DNA of 64,000 nt from Fimbriimonas sp. (GTDB lineage Bacteria > Armatimonadota > Fimbriimonadia > Fimbriimonadales > Fimbriimonadaceae), in contig CBDFJP010000002.1 of the NCBI GenBank assembly GCA_965248555.1, forward strand, positions 2,134,093 to 2,198,092, in the 5' to 3' direction. A program made the translations under genes and the position numbers. The notes below the pieces were generated by a model that was not told where the DNA came from, did no database searches, and saw only the letters and a program-made list of their open reading frames with translations. Of the stretch, positions 38,929 to 49,272 are shown one piece after another; position 1 is the first letter of the stretch, and every line of letters starts with the position of its first letter.

Positions 38929-39891
38929 GTGATGCGACGGTTCCTCTGGCTCCCGATAGTTGCTCTAGCCGGTTGCGGCGGAACAAACACCAACGACGGT
39001 GCCCAGGCATACAACCGCTCGAACTCGTACGCCGAGACTCCTATTGCGCCCGGAGTCTCAGGCTACGCAAACGAAATCCTCGCCGTCAGCGCCTTCGTCA
39101 ACGCCGCTGAGCAGAAGGATCAAGCCGGAGTCAACCGAGTCATCACCGGGCTCAAAAAGCTCCCGATCATCCCGAAAAGGGTCTTCCTCCTCGGAGCAAC
39201 CGCCACCAACGCGGAATGGTGGAAGAAGCCCCTAGAAGACGCCAAAATTTCCGTCGTCCCTGTGGTCGGAACCACCTCCGAAGGCTGGGAAAAAGTCGTC
39301 AAAACCCTCGGCGTCAGCAAGCTCCTGAGCAACGGACCTAAAGACGGAGGCGTGAACGCCGACGGCATCGCTTCAGACCAGACGAAGCTCTCCTCGCAGT
39401 TCGTCGCCGAAGGTATCCGGTTCGTGCTGATCAACACCGACACTCCGCTCAAAGCTGAAAAACCGGGCTCCGTCCCGAGCCTTTGGCTCAAAGGCGCCGT
39501 CGAATCCGCCAAGGAAAACACCGTCGTCGTCGGCTGGCGATCGCTCACCGCTCTCGGCGAGAAAGACGAAACTCCCGTCATCGCCGAACCCGGCGCCCTC
39601 GGAAAAGCGACCAAAGTCGTCGCCTGGGTTTCGTCATCAGCAATGGCACCGTCAGCCAAAAAGCTAACCGACAAGGGCCCAGTATCCCTCGCCGTCGGCG
39701 GAGGAATCGGGGAAGACAAACTCCCCCACGTCGGTCTGATCGAAGTCAAAAAAGATGGAACGCTGACCGCCCGAGTCGCGAAGCTCAGCGACACCTCGCT
39801 AGCGACAACAGTTCTCGAAGCAAGCCTCTGGGCTCCGGCTCCTAAGGTGGCACAACCGGTAGCAAAGCCCGCCGCGCCGATCAAAAAGTGA
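38929..39891 (+). CDS. hypothetical lipoprotein
   Basis: Lipobox VALAGCGG. No family recognised with confidence. Confidence 0.6.
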   Translation: MMRRFLWLPIVALAGCGGTNTNDGAQAYNRSNSYAETPIAPGVSGYANEILAVSAFVNAAEQKDQAGVNRVITGLKKLPIIPKRVFLLGATATNAEWWKKPLEDAKISVVPVVGTTSEGWEKVVKTLGVSKLLSNGPKDGGVNADGIASDQTKLSSQFVAEGIRFVLINTDTPLKAEKPGSVPSLWLKGAVESAKENTVVVGWRSLTALGEKDETPVIAEPGALGKATKVVAWVSSSAMAPSAKKLTDKGPVSLAVGGGIGEDKLPHVGLIEVKKDGTLTARVAKLSDTSLATTVLEASLWAPAPKVAQPVAKPAAPIKK

Positions 39892-40928
39892 AGATCCTCG
39901 TCGCACCAAATGCGTTCAAAGGAACCCATTCCTCGGTCGAAGTCGCCCAAACCTGGGCCGGAGTCCTGAGCGAGAAACACGAAGTCCAAACCCTCGCCCT
40001 CAGCGACGGCGGCGACGGCTTCCTCGATGCCATCCACTTCCTGATCCCAGAGCTCTCGCGGCGAACCAGCCTCGTCACCGGCCCCTACCCCGAGCAACGA
40101 GTCAACGCCGACTGGCTCTGGGACGCCAGCAACAGCATCGCCTACATCGAAGCCGCCCAAGCCTGCGGCCTCGCCCGAGCCACCCAACCCCTGCGCCCTC
40201 TCGAATCGACAACCTACGGCGTCGGCGAGCTCATCATTGCCGCCCAGAACGCCGGAGCCGAGGACATCTACCTCGGCCTAGGCGGCACCGCCTCGACCGA
40301 CGCCGGCACCGGCGCCCTCCGAGCATTGGGTTGGACTTTTGTTGACGAATCAGGACGAGACATCGGCCACGACCTCACCCGTCTCAACCGAATGGTCGTC
40401 GGCGGCGCAAAGCCGCCCGAGCTGAACCTCATGGCCGACGTCAACAATCCGCTTCTTGGTGACCAAGGCGCGGCCATTATCTTCGGCCCGCAGAAAGGCG
40501 CAACGCCGCGGGATATCGAGATGCTCGAAGCCCGCCTCGCCGCCTTCTGGCTGATCGCCCGAGACCAGTTCAACATGAACATCTCCTTCCCCGGAAGCGG
40601 AGCCGCGGGTGGACTCGGAGCCGGACTCTCGCTCACTGGCCAAGCCCACCTCGGCTCCGGCTTCGACCTCATCGCCGACCTCGGCGACCTAGAGGACAAA
40701 ATGCGCTGGGCCGATTTGGTTGTTACCGGAGAGGGAGCTTTTGATTCCCAGTCGATGATGGGAAAAGCCACCGGAAGAATTCTCTCGTTGGCGCAGGCGC
40801 AGCGCAAACAAACCGCCGTCATCGCCGGAAGCATTGCTCCAGGGTCTCTGCCGCTTGTAGACCACGCCTTCGCATTGGATTCCAAAGCAATCCGAGAAGG
40901 TGCGCTAGAACTTCTGAGCCGCCTCTGA
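39888..40928 (+). CDS. glycerate kinase
   Basis: GTGA overlap with the previous gene. MKILVAPNAFKGT, ALSDGGDGFLDA and VVTGEGAFDSQS motifs. Confidence 0.85.
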   Translation: MKILVAPNAFKGTHSSVEVAQTWAGVLSEKHEVQTLALSDGGDGFLDAIHFLIPELSRRTSLVTGPYPEQRVNADWLWDASNSIAYIEAAQACGLARATQPLRPLESTTYGVGELIIAAQNAGAEDIYLGLGGTASTDAGTGALRALGWTFVDESGRDIGHDLTRLNRMVVGGAKPPELNLMADVNNPLLGDQGAAIIFGPQKGATPRDIEMLEARLAAFWLIARDQFNMNISFPGSGAAGGLGAGLSLTGQAHLGSGFDLIADLGDLEDKMRWADLVVTGEGAFDSQSMMGKATGRILSLAQAQRKQTAVIAGSIAPGSLPLVDHAFALDSKAIREGALELLSRL

Positions 40929-42074
40929 GTCCGAAGACGTTCCCTTGGCCTTTGCCAAGAACGGGAGCGTCGGCAACAACAGCATCGCCGCCACAAAAAT
41001 CGCATCCTTCGCCACCCGAAGTTTGCCGATGGAACCCACCAGCGGTCCCCCCGCAATCTCGCCGAGGCTGTGCGCCTGACCGCCAAAACTAAGCAGAGTC
41101 GCCCGGTTCTCGCTTGGAGCATTGAGGTTAATCCAGGTCTTCAACAGTGGCTCAATCCCTCGCCGCAGAGCCCGGCTGACTACAAACAAAGCCGCCCCAA
41201 CCCAGATCGATTGAGAAAGCGCAAAGCCTGCAATTGTGCAAATCAGCACCCCCGTCATCGCCATGAGCGCACTCGCAATCGAAGAACAGTTATCCGTTCT
41301 AACCCGCAGCCGAACTTGCTTGTTCACATACATCCCGCCCAAAATAGCCGCCGTCGAGAACACCGGCCACCAGAAGTCGGTGCCAAACGAACCTACCGCC
41401 GGAAGCTGATTCAGGTCCATAATCGCCTTGTTCCAAAGTCGATCAAATCCTTCGGATGCAAGACCGTAGAAGACGGAAACGGCAAGAATCAGAAGCAGAA
41501 TCTTGGATTTCTGAACCAGCTTGTAACCCTCTCGGAACGTCGCCCAGAAATGTCGCTGCTCGTCAGACTTGTGAAAGCCCTTCTCGCTCATAGTAGCAAA
41601 TGCTACGAATGCGAAGCACATGAACCCCAACCCGCTCGCGATCATCACGGCCGGGAGCGAGACCAAAGTGAATAGCACCGCAATCCAGGCCCCCAAGATT
41701 CGACCAAGAAATGACGACTGCTGGCCCTTCAGAAATGCCGTTCCTGAATCCACGCCAGGATCGGAATGTGGCAGTTCATCCGCCACCCAAGCATCGTGCG
41801 CGCCCGAAACAAACGTCTCTCCAAAGCCTAGGAGAAGCTGCGCGCAAATCACAACCCAAGCGACCGGAAAAAGCCCTTCGACAAAGAAGCCCAGCCCAAG
41901 AATAAACCATCCAACCGAAGCACTCAGCCTTCGACTGACGAGGTCCGCCACAACCCCCGTTGGAACCTCGAAGCACATGATCGAGACCTCGTAGAGAGTG
42001 CCCATGAACACGACCATGAAGTTATCAAAACCGACGGTCTTGATATGAAAAACCACGTGCATCGTCCAAGCCAT
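40905..42074 (-). CDS. MFS transporter
   Basis: About 12 hydrophobic segments; VADLVSRR-type loop motif. Confidence 0.8.
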   Translation of the reverse strand: MAWTMHVVFHIKTVGFDNFMVVFMGTLYEVSIMCFEVPTGVVADLVSRRLSASVGWFILGLGFFVEGLFPVAWVVICAQLLLGFGETFVSGAHDAWVADELPHSDPGVDSGTAFLKGQQSSFLGRILGAWIAVLFTLVSLPAVMIASGLGFMCFAFVAFATMSEKGFHKSDEQRHFWATFREGYKLVQKSKILLLILAVSVFYGLASEGFDRLWNKAIMDLNQLPAVGSFGTDFWWPVFSTAAILGGMYVNKQVRLRVRTDNCSSIASALMAMTGVLICTIAGFALSQSIWVGAALFVVSRALRRGIEPLLKTWINLNAPSENRATLLSFGGQAHSLGEIAGGPLVGSIGKLRVAKDAIFVAAMLLLPTLPFLAKAKGTSSDSEAAQKF

Positions 42075-42156
42075 GCTAAAGAGCAGGCCCTCGATAAAGC
42101 AGTTTCGTTGATAGGTTTTGAGGGCAGATATGATGAGACAAGGCTACCCGGACGGC

Positions 42157-42182
42157 AAAATGGGCTGAGTCTCCTCAGCCCA
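42157..42182 (-). terminator. rho-independent terminator after the pilin-like/Pro-rich gene pair
   Basis: gggctgag-tctc-ctcagccc, an 8-bp stem followed on the minus strand by ATTTTG. Confidence 0.55.
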
Positions 42183-42194
42183 TCGATTACCTGA

Positions 42195-42518
42195 CTACTT
42201 GTTGCCTAGAGTAGGAGCCGACATCCCAGGAGGAGCAACCGCTGTTCCGTTTGGAGCCGTCGGAGGCGCAGCGGAAGGTGCACCGGCGGGCGGGCCCCCG
42301 GGAGCAGTGGGACCGCCAGATTGAACTCCGGGCGAAGTTCCAGGACCCTTCTTCGAAGGGTCGGTTTCTTCCCATGGTGGCTTGCCAGGCGTGTATTGCA
42401 CTTGACCCTGATCCAGGTTCCCTGCCCCCCCAATAGTTTTGAGGAGGAAGTAGCCTAGGACCACAATCGCAAGGATGGCGACCGCAACGATGACCGGAGT
42501 TTTTACCTCGGATTTCAT
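42195..42518 (-). CDS. small membrane-anchored Pro/Gly-rich protein
   Basis: The internal ATG at 42518 shares one base with the upstream stop (TAATG). One TM helix, then a PG-rich tail. Confidence 0.5.
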   Translation of the reverse strand: MKSEVKTPVIVAVAILAIVVLGYFLLKTIGGAGNLDQGQVQYTPGKPPWEETDPSKKGPGTSPGVQSGGPTAPGGPPAGAPSAAPPTAPNGTAVAPPGMSAPTLGNK

Positions 42519-43315
42519 TATTGGCGTTTGTCCCACATTCCGGCGGGCCATGGCCAGTTGACCGGATCGCTGGGCCAGTTGGTCGGCTTGGCCTGTCCAG
42601 CTTGGCTACCTTGGGCGGCTAGTGTTTGGCTCTTTACGAAGTACTTTGCATGTCCATCGGCAAATCCGTAGTTGGTGCCTTTTGTAAACATCGTTGCACC
42701 TCCGCCGACCATATTGAACTCTCCATAGTTGAAGAAGACTTCGGTTGCCCAACCTTGGCAATACTGGTGGTACCAGTTCGGTCGTGGGGCAATTGCAATA
42801 GTCGTTGCAACAGATGGAACCGCAGTTTGGCTCGACCCTCCAGAATCGCACGTGACCGACATCTGGCACTGTTCCGAACTGGATCCCCACCAGTCGCCGC
42901 TCAGGCTCGGGAAAGCCGGCCATGTGTAGTTCATGCTGTACGTCACGCCTCGCGTCTGCCGGCCAGGAATGCACTCGCCGCCAGTTCCCTCAGTGCCACG
43001 ACCCCAGTTGTCCACTGGCGATTTCCACATATCGATGTTTTTAAGATATGGGTTTATCTGTTGGTGCCAGGGCTTCCATTCTGTATCCCATCCCCAGCAG
43101 AAGGGATAAGTGTCATCCGCGTCGGAGCCATACATATAGACTCCGAGGCTGGTCTGCTTAACGTTCGAGAGGTCAGCGGTCTTCTTAGCCGCCAGCTTCG
43201 CTTGAGCAAACACTGGGAAGAGAATTGCTGCCAATATCGCGATAATCGCGATGACGACGAGTAACTCGATAAGCGTGAACGCTTTGAGTTGATGAGGGCG
43301 ATTGGTGTACTTCAT
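42518..43315 (-). CDS. prepilin-type N-terminal cleavage/methylation domain protein (DUF1559 / H-X9-DG type)
   Basis: AFTLIELLVVIAIIAILAAILFPVFAQAK N-terminus and C-terminal GFADGHAKYF motif. Confidence 0.85.
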   Translation of the reverse strand: MKYTNRPHQLKAFTLIELLVVIAIIAILAAILFPVFAQAKLAAKKTADLSNVKQTSLGVYMYGSDADDTYPFCWGWDTEWKPWHQQINPYLKNIDMWKSPVDNWGRGTEGTGGECIPGRQTRGVTYSMNYTWPAFPSLSGDWWGSSSEQCQMSVTCDSGGSSQTAVPSVATTIAIAPRPNWYHQYCQGWATEVFFNYGEFNMVGGGATMFTKGTNYGFADGHAKYFVKSQTLAAQGSQAGQAKPTNWPSDPVNWPWPAGMWDKRQ

Positions 43316-43317
43316 TG

Positions 43318-44397
43318 TTATTCCAAGTTTATGATTGACGATGATTTTGAGATAGAAATCGGCGCTGGTCCAAGGGTGGTTCCGGGCACAAAGTCGGTAC
43401 GGACCCGGAGTATTTGGTCAGGAGGTGGCGTTCCATCCACCAGCTGATTGATGAGCTGAAACGTCGTTTTTGCCAGCTCTTCAACATCAACAACGACCGA
43501 GGCCGCTTCGTGCGGAGTCGTTGCAGGCCAATGAATTCCGTCGTAGCCGACGACAGAGAACTTCTCGGGAATGGCCCATCCGAGCTCGTTGCTGGCTTCC
43601 AAAACCTCGTAGGCAAGGAAATCCCTCCAGCAAAAAAGGGCGGTTGGCGAACCAGCATCCTCCATTAGCTGCGGCAAATCTTCAGTCAGTTTTGTAGCAC
43701 TAGCCTCGACAGCCGCAGGCTCAAGGAGTGTAACTCCAAGATCCGAAAGAGCCTTCCGAAGCGCCTGTAGCCTTATTTCCGCGTCTCGAACTGCGGGTCC
43801 AGTCTCGATTAACGGAAGGATTCGTTTGTGCCCGAGTTGTACCAAGTTTGCGGCCACGGTTCCGAGGCCGTTTATTGGGTCGTCCGAAACTGAAGGTAGA
43901 ACGCCTACGGGATCTGTCGAGAAAATGAGCACTGTCGGTAGTCTCGAGCCTCGCAAAAGCTGTAGCAACGGGTCGTCGGCAAACGGGGCAAACAGGATCA
44001 CTGCGTCAGCGGTGCCACCGTTTAAGAACTGATACGTTTCCTCCGGCGAGCGAGCAAAGTTGGTGTTAACCAGAACGTCGTAGCCTGCCTCACCAGCGGC
44101 AACCTCGATCATTGCCGCCAATCGATCCATGAAAAGATCCCCAAGGGTTCGGGTTCGGAACGCATTAAAGAACGAGATGACGTTCGTTCGCCCGCTTTTC
44201 AGAGATTTGACAAGCAAGTTAGGCGTGTAATCCAACTCAATTGCCGCACTCGTCACCCGAAGGCGAGTTTCATCGGCTATTCGTAGCTCGGTGCTACGAC
44301 CGTTGAGAATGGAGGAGGCAGTCGAAACCGACACACCGGCGAGTTCCGCCACGTGTGCCAATGTTGTTCGTTTTCGACCTTGAGTACTACTTGCCAC
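43318..44397 (-). CDS. LacI-family transcriptional regulator
   Basis: HTH TLAHVAELAGVSVSTASSILNG plus a periplasmic-binding-like core. Confidence 0.9.
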   Translation of the reverse strand: MASSTQGRKRTTLAHVAELAGVSVSTASSILNGRSTELRIADETRLRVTSAAIELDYTPNLLVKSLKSGRTNVISFFNAFRTRTLGDLFMDRLAAMIEVAAGEAGYDVLVNTNFARSPEETYQFLNGGTADAVILFAPFADDPLLQLLRGSRLPTVLIFSTDPVGVLPSVSDDPINGLGTVAANLVQLGHKRILPLIETGPAVRDAEIRLQALRKALSDLGVTLLEPAAVEASATKLTEDLPQLMEDAGSPTALFCWRDFLAYEVLEASNELGWAIPEKFSVVGYDGIHWPATTPHEAASVVVDVEELAKTTFQLINQLVDGTPPPDQILRVRTDFVPGTTLGPAPISISKSSSIINLE

Positions 44398-44410
44398 AGA
44401 CCACCTCGTC

Positions 44411-44430
44411 TTGCTAAAATATTATAGCAA
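44411..44430. promoter_or_regulatory. candidate LacI-family operator (20-bp near-palindrome)
   Basis: In ttgctaaaat|attatagcaa, 9 of 10 positions per half-site are symmetric. It lies in the divergent lacI/GH30 intergenic region. Confidence 0.4.
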
Positions 44431-44505
44431 CGGTTTTTTGACTTGGCAACTAGTTTTTCAAAATTCTTTTCTGAAGTTTTCGCTTATTACTCCCGCAATA
44501 GACCA

Positions 44506-45936
44506 ATGCTGACTTCCTTCATCATGTACGCCCTCCAAACTTCCGAAGTGGTGCTCGCCGCGGATCGCCTTGGGGCGCCGTGGCAGGGCTGGGGTACGTC
44601 ACTGTGCTGGATGGGAAAAGTATTTGGGCAACGGGAAGACCTTGCCGACGCGCTTTTCACAACAAAGGTTGTCGAAATCGGCTCTGACGTGCTTCCCGGG
44701 TTAGGCATGAACATCGTTCGTTACAATGCCGGCGCCTGCACTTGGAACTTGGTCGGCGATAGAAAGATGCAGAAGTCAAAGATCATTCTTCCGTATCGCC
44801 AAATAGAAGCCTTCTGGAACGATCCATCAAAGCCCGATCCAGAATCTGACGGATGGGACTGGAGTAGGGACATCAATCAACGAGAAATGATGCTCAAGGC
44901 CAAACGCCGGGGCGCTGATCGATTTGAACTATTCTCGAACGCGCCAGTGTGGTGGATGTGCAAGAACGATAATCCTTCCGGCGCGGCCGTCGCATCGGCG
45001 GATAATCTTCGTCCAGATCAATACCAAGCCTTTGCGACCTACCTTGCCGAAATCGCCAAACGATCAAAGAAGCACTGGGGGGTGACGTTCACCTCAGTCG
45101 ATCCCTTTAACGAACCTCTCTCTTGGTGGTGGGATGCTAACTGCAAACAGGAAGGGTGTCACTTTTCGGTTGCGGCCCAGAATCAGCTACTGCCGCTCCT
45201 CAGGGAAGCTCTCGACCATCGGGGTCTCAAGTCCTTGCCGCTCGCCGTCTCCGACGAAACACATGTCTCGCACGCCATTCAGGCATGGAAAGGGCTCTCT
45301 CAAAACGTCAAGAACCTCGTATCCCAGATCAACGTCCACGGTTACGAAGGGGTGGAGAGTCCACGAAAGCAGCTTCGAAAAGCCGTCGGCCATCTGCCGA
45401 TCTGGCTTTCGGAACATGGTGAGAATGATGTCTCAGGGATCACCATGGCCAAGAGCCTTATACGCGATTTGAACGACCTGAAGCCCGTGGCCTGGTGTTA
45501 CTGGCAACCTCTGGACGGAAGCGGTTGGGGGCTAATTGAAGCTGATATGCCAGCGGGCAAAATCCATGGAGCGAGCCCGAAATACTTCGTCCTTGCCCAA
45601 TTTAGCCGCCATATTCGGAAAGGGATGCGCTTATTGCCGAGCGAGAGCCATGACACCGTCGCCGCCTACGACCCAAAGGCGAAAAAACTCGTGCTCGTGC
45701 TTCTCAACTCTTCAACTTCGGCGGTGGCCAAGAGTATTGATCTGTCGGCTTTCGCCGTTCGCACAAAGTCTCTCAAAGCTTGGGTAACAGCGCCCAAAAA
45801 TGGAGCTCTTTACCAGCCCTCCGGGAGACCAACCGTTTCTGGGACGCAGTTGACCACCGAAATCCCCGCAGAGGCAGTGATGACACTTGAACTCAAAGCG
45901 GAGAGTCTCGGTGGGAAGAGTAGCGGCCTACTCTAA
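44506..45936 (+). CDS. glycoside hydrolase family 30-like
   Basis: WQGWGTSLCWMG, GLGMNIVRYNAGA, DPFNEP and LSEHGE motifs. Start uncertain; the ORF track begins at TTG 44443. Confidence 0.7.
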   Translation: MLTSFIMYALQTSEVVLAADRLGAPWQGWGTSLCWMGKVFGQREDLADALFTTKVVEIGSDVLPGLGMNIVRYNAGACTWNLVGDRKMQKSKIILPYRQIEAFWNDPSKPDPESDGWDWSRDINQREMMLKAKRRGADRFELFSNAPVWWMCKNDNPSGAAVASADNLRPDQYQAFATYLAEIAKRSKKHWGVTFTSVDPFNEPLSWWWDANCKQEGCHFSVAAQNQLLPLLREALDHRGLKSLPLAVSDETHVSHAIQAWKGLSQNVKNLVSQINVHGYEGVESPRKQLRKAVGHLPIWLSEHGENDVSGITMAKSLIRDLNDLKPVAWCYWQPLDGSGWGLIEADMPAGKIHGASPKYFVLAQFSRHIRKGMRLLPSESHDTVAAYDPKAKKLVLVLLNSSTSAVAKSIDLSAFAVRTKSLKAWVTAPKNGALYQPSGRPTVSGTQLTTEIPAEAVMTLELKAESLGGKSSGLL

Positions 45937-48390
45937 AGGCGACCGGGTCATCCTGGCGACGTGATCGCCCGCAAGCGACCTCGCTTCGAAATGAGACACC
46001 GCCCCATTCACCCGCACATAGTAAACCCCCGCCTCCGGGAAGGTAAGGAAGTTGTCCATAAACGGCTCGGTGTCGCCATCGACCGATAGCATCAGATCCA
46101 CAACCGGCTGGTCGATCCGAAGGGCAAGAAGGTAGTCATCCTTCGCGTTTTCGGTCGGAGTATTGTTGCTGCCAACAATCGCCACCGGCGAGGCAAAGCG
46201 TGTCTCCTTCGGCTCAGCACAAAGGTGCCAAACCGCTCCGCCATAGCCGCCCCACCCGTGGAACAACGTCTCTGGGCAGGGAAGACCCGTCAGATCAAAT
46301 TCTCCAATGACCTGCCGCTGACCAGGCTCAGAAACGAACTTAAATTCGGCGCCTCGAACCACCTCGCCACTCGCAAGATTCGTCGCCGAAGCAAAGAACA
46401 TATTGCGAATCGGTTCGCCTTCCAGGCGATCATCCACGGCGTGGATGCGAATTTTCTCCTTCACCCGTTCGAGCGAGAAAATCGACTGGTCGTAGAGCCG
46501 TCTAAGCTCGTGAGCCGCCGCCTTGTATCGCCCGCTTGAATCGATGACCGCCCAGCTCTGAACCGGCCAGATGTCATTCAGTTGCCAAATCAGAGACCCT
46601 CGGCAGAACGCCGAACGGCGGAAGTGCTCAACCCCCATCCGAATCGCATCGCGCTGGTTGAGCTGAGAGTAATAAGTCCAATCCTCAAGCGACTGGCTCT
46701 TGGGATAGTGCAACTCGACGAATCCGACAAAGGTCTCCGTCCCCTTCCGAGTCTTGTCGTGCCAGCGAACAACCGGGCTCAAATGGTCCCAATCTTCCTC
46801 ACCAATCGTCTCCTCCCAAAGAGCCAGCGAGCAGGACGAAGCGAACCCATACTCCGAGCTAAATCGAGCCTCGGAATCCAGGTAGTACTTCCAATCCCCC
46901 CGCCCATGCCAGGCGTCCCAGTAGTGCGAGTCGCCAATCTTTCCGCCGTTGGCGTCGGGTTGCGAGTCGCCACAGGGTGAGGTGTGAATATAGCTCGTTT
47001 CCGGGTTCAACTCGGCTACAACGGCCGGGAACAGCTTGTCATATAGGTTCTCACCATAGAATCGAGGAGGGTGCTCGCCGCCCTTCCAGTTCCACTTCTG
47101 CTGCCACATTTGCAGGTTTTCGTTGTTCCCACACCACAACGCCAAAGAGGCATGGTGGCGCAGGCGCTTGACGTTAAACTCCGCTTCCGGACGAATCTGA
47201 TCCTGCCACTCCTGAGTGTCTGGATAGTAAGCACAAGCCTGCGGGAAGTCCTGCCAGACCATGATCCCAAGCTCGTCGCAGATGTCGTAGAACTCGTCCA
47301 TCTCATACATCCCCCCACCCCAAATGCGGAGCATGTTTGAGCCAAGGTCAACGGCCTGAAGCAGCCTCTCGTCGTACCGAGCCTTCGTAATCGCCGACGG
47401 GAACGAGAAATCAGGAATCCAGTTGAAGCCCTTTGCGTAAATCTTCTTGCCGTTCACCTCAAACTCGAACGACTCGCCAATCTCGTCTTTCTCTCGCAGC
47501 AGCTTGATGTTGCGGAGACCGATCTTGATGCTCTTGTAGTCATCCGCAAACTCTTCGTTGGTCGATAGATGCGCGGTGAGCTGGTGCAGAACCTGGTCGC
47601 CAGCCCCGACTGGCCACCAGAGCTCCGGATTCTGAACGTGGAAAACGCCGTCCTCGGAGTACTCCTCGGCGTCGCCAGTCATAAGAGCGTATCTCAGCTC
47701 GCCTGGACCTTCCTTTTCCGCGTAAGCTCGCAGGGTCACAGACCCATCTTCGTGCCACTCCTGAGTCGCGCTCAGGTGCGAGACACGATTGCTAAACTCG
47801 ACCAGCCGCACCGGCCGCCAGACCCCACAACTGACCAGCCTCGGGCCCCAATCCCAGCCGTACATGCACTGGATCTTGCGCACAAATGACCGCTCTTCAA
47901 ACCGCTCGACATACTCCGGCAATCCCTCTTTCTTGAAGAACTCCGCCTGCCGCTCTAGCCCAACTCGTACAGCCGATGAGAAGTCGATCCGAAGCTCATT
48001 TTCCCCTTCAACCAGAAGTGAACTAACATCCAGCTCAAGCGCAACAAACATGTTGTCGTGCGAAGCAACCTGCTTCCCGTTCAAAGAGATTGTGCAGACC
48101 GTATCCAGCCCCTCAAAAATCAGCTTGCGAATCGGAGCCTCCTCTTTCGGCTCCCAATAAAACGTCGTTCGATAGCTCCAATCCGTCTCGTCCACCCACT
48201 GAGCGCCGTACTCGTTCATCCGCTCGTGCGGGTGCGGAATGATGCCGTGCTGCATCAGGTCAAGGTGAATATGCCCCGGTACAATCGCCTCCAGCCACTC
48301 CGGATTGCTGTAGCCCAAGGTCGCCCCCGGCTTGTCGTGCTTGGTTTCTATGAACTCCCAGCCTTCGTGCAGATATGTCTCAACGAGCAT
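45928..48390 (-). CDS. beta-mannosidase (GH2)
   Basis: WLEAIVPGHIHLDL, WDWGPR, IRIWGGGMYE and WCGNNE motifs. Confidence 0.85.
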   Translation of the reverse strand: MLVETYLHEGWEFIETKHDKPGATLGYSNPEWLEAIVPGHIHLDLMQHGIIPHPHERMNEYGAQWVDETDWSYRTTFYWEPKEEAPIRKLIFEGLDTVCTISLNGKQVASHDNMFVALELDVSSLLVEGENELRIDFSSAVRVGLERQAEFFKKEGLPEYVERFEERSFVRKIQCMYGWDWGPRLVSCGVWRPVRLVEFSNRVSHLSATQEWHEDGSVTLRAYAEKEGPGELRYALMTGDAEEYSEDGVFHVQNPELWWPVGAGDQVLHQLTAHLSTNEEFADDYKSIKIGLRNIKLLREKDEIGESFEFEVNGKKIYAKGFNWIPDFSFPSAITKARYDERLLQAVDLGSNMLRIWGGGMYEMDEFYDICDELGIMVWQDFPQACAYYPDTQEWQDQIRPEAEFNVKRLRHHASLALWCGNNENLQMWQQKWNWKGGEHPPRFYGENLYDKLFPAVVAELNPETSYIHTSPCGDSQPDANGGKIGDSHYWDAWHGRGDWKYYLDSEARFSSEYGFASSCSLALWEETIGEEDWDHLSPVVRWHDKTRKGTETFVGFVELHYPKSQSLEDWTYYSQLNQRDAIRMGVEHFRRSAFCRGSLIWQLNDIWPVQSWAVIDSSGRYKAAAHELRRLYDQSIFSLERVKEKIRIHAVDDRLEGEPIRNMFFASATNLASGEVVRGAEFKFVSEPGQRQVIGEFDLTGLPCPETLFHGWGGYGGAVWHLCAEPKETRFASPVAIVGSNNTPTENAKDDYLLALRIDQPVVDLMLSVDGDTEPFMDNFLTFPEAGVYYVRVNGAVSHFEARSLAGDHVARMTRSPLE

Positions 48391-48474
48391 TGGTGCCTAG
48401 TGTACCGAGTGATGTATGCGTATATTGTCCAGAAAATTCACTCTGCTAACGTGGCAGAATGTAAAGTTAAACAG

Positions 48475-49272
48475 ATGCTCACTGCCGCTCTAGTGCTCCT
48501 CTCCGCTCGACTTGCTCCTGTCACCCTCGACACTTTGGCAACCGAAGCTGCATCCGCCAAAATTTACAAACAACCCATTGGCAAGCGGATAGAGTTTTTC
48601 GCCCGAAAGTTCATCGACACCCCCTACGTCGGAGCAACCCTTGACCAAAACCCTACGGAAGAAAAGTGCACCGTACTCCTCAGCGGCCTCGATTGCGTCA
48701 CGTTCATGGAGACCGTCTTCGCCCTCGCCCGAACTCCCGATCCTACCGAGGAAAAGCTCAAAGCTGCGGTGACAAAAACCCGATATTGGGGCGGTCGCGT
48801 TAACGGCTACCTGTCACGCCTCCACTACACCACCGACTGGTTCTTCGATAACGCCCGAAAAGGCACGATCACCGACCTCAGTGCAAATCTCCCCGGCGCG
48901 GTCCCTTTCACTCGGAAAGTCAGCTTTATGTCTGAGCACCCCGGCAACTACGCCGCCCTCCGCGCGAATCCCGAACTACTTCCCAAGTGCCGCGAACTAG
49001 AAGTTGCGAGCAACGCCCGGAAGAAGTGGTACATCCCCGTCTCCGCACTTTCTCAAGCGGAAAAGCAACTCAAGACCGGCGACATCATCGGCCTCGTCGG
49101 TGGCGCAAAGGGCATCGACATCAGCCACGTCGGGCTGATCATCGTCGAAAAAAACACCCCCCACTTCGTCCACGCCAGCAGCACCAAGCACAAAGTCACT
49201 TTCGACCGCTCCCTCTCCGACTACCTCGCCGGCTCAAAAACGGAGGGGATTATTGTGGCAAGACCGCGCTGA
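48475..49272 (+). CDS. DUF1460 / amidase-like domain protein
   Basis: Internal ATG at 48475. FIDTPYVGATLDQ...LSGLDCVTFMETVFALAR. The first 139 codons of ORF 48058-49272 are antisense to the GH2 gene. Confidence 0.7.
   Translation: MLTAALVLLSARLAPVTLDTLATEAASAKIYKQPIGKRIEFFARKFIDTPYVGATLDQNPTEEKCTVLLSGLDCVTFMETVFALARTPDPTEEKLKAAVTKTRYWGGRVNGYLSRLHYTTDWFFDNARKGTITDLSANLPGAVPFTRKVSFMSEHPGNYAALRANPELLPKCRELEVASNARKKWYIPVSALSQAEKQLKTGDIIGLVGGAKGIDISHVGLIIVEKNTPHFVHASSTKHKVTFDRSLSDYLAGSKTEGIIVARPR

Noticed and set aside
39120-40187. Long antisense ORF of 355 aa opposite the lipoprotein and glycerate kinase genes. Similar cases are 40268-41122 (-), 50999-52048 (-), 28350-29174 (+), 9935-10603 (+), 15954-16607 (+) and 17235-17888 (+).
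   Set aside because: Each is the mirror frame of a gene with clear family motifs. The translations are Arg/Pro/Gly/Ala-rich low-complexity sequence typical of antisense frames in GC-rich DNA.
48058-48474. N-terminal 139 codons of ORF 48058-49272
   Set aside because: This stretch is antisense to the GH2 beta-mannosidase gene. The DUF1460-like similarity and a hydrophobic N-terminus begin at the ATG at 48475.
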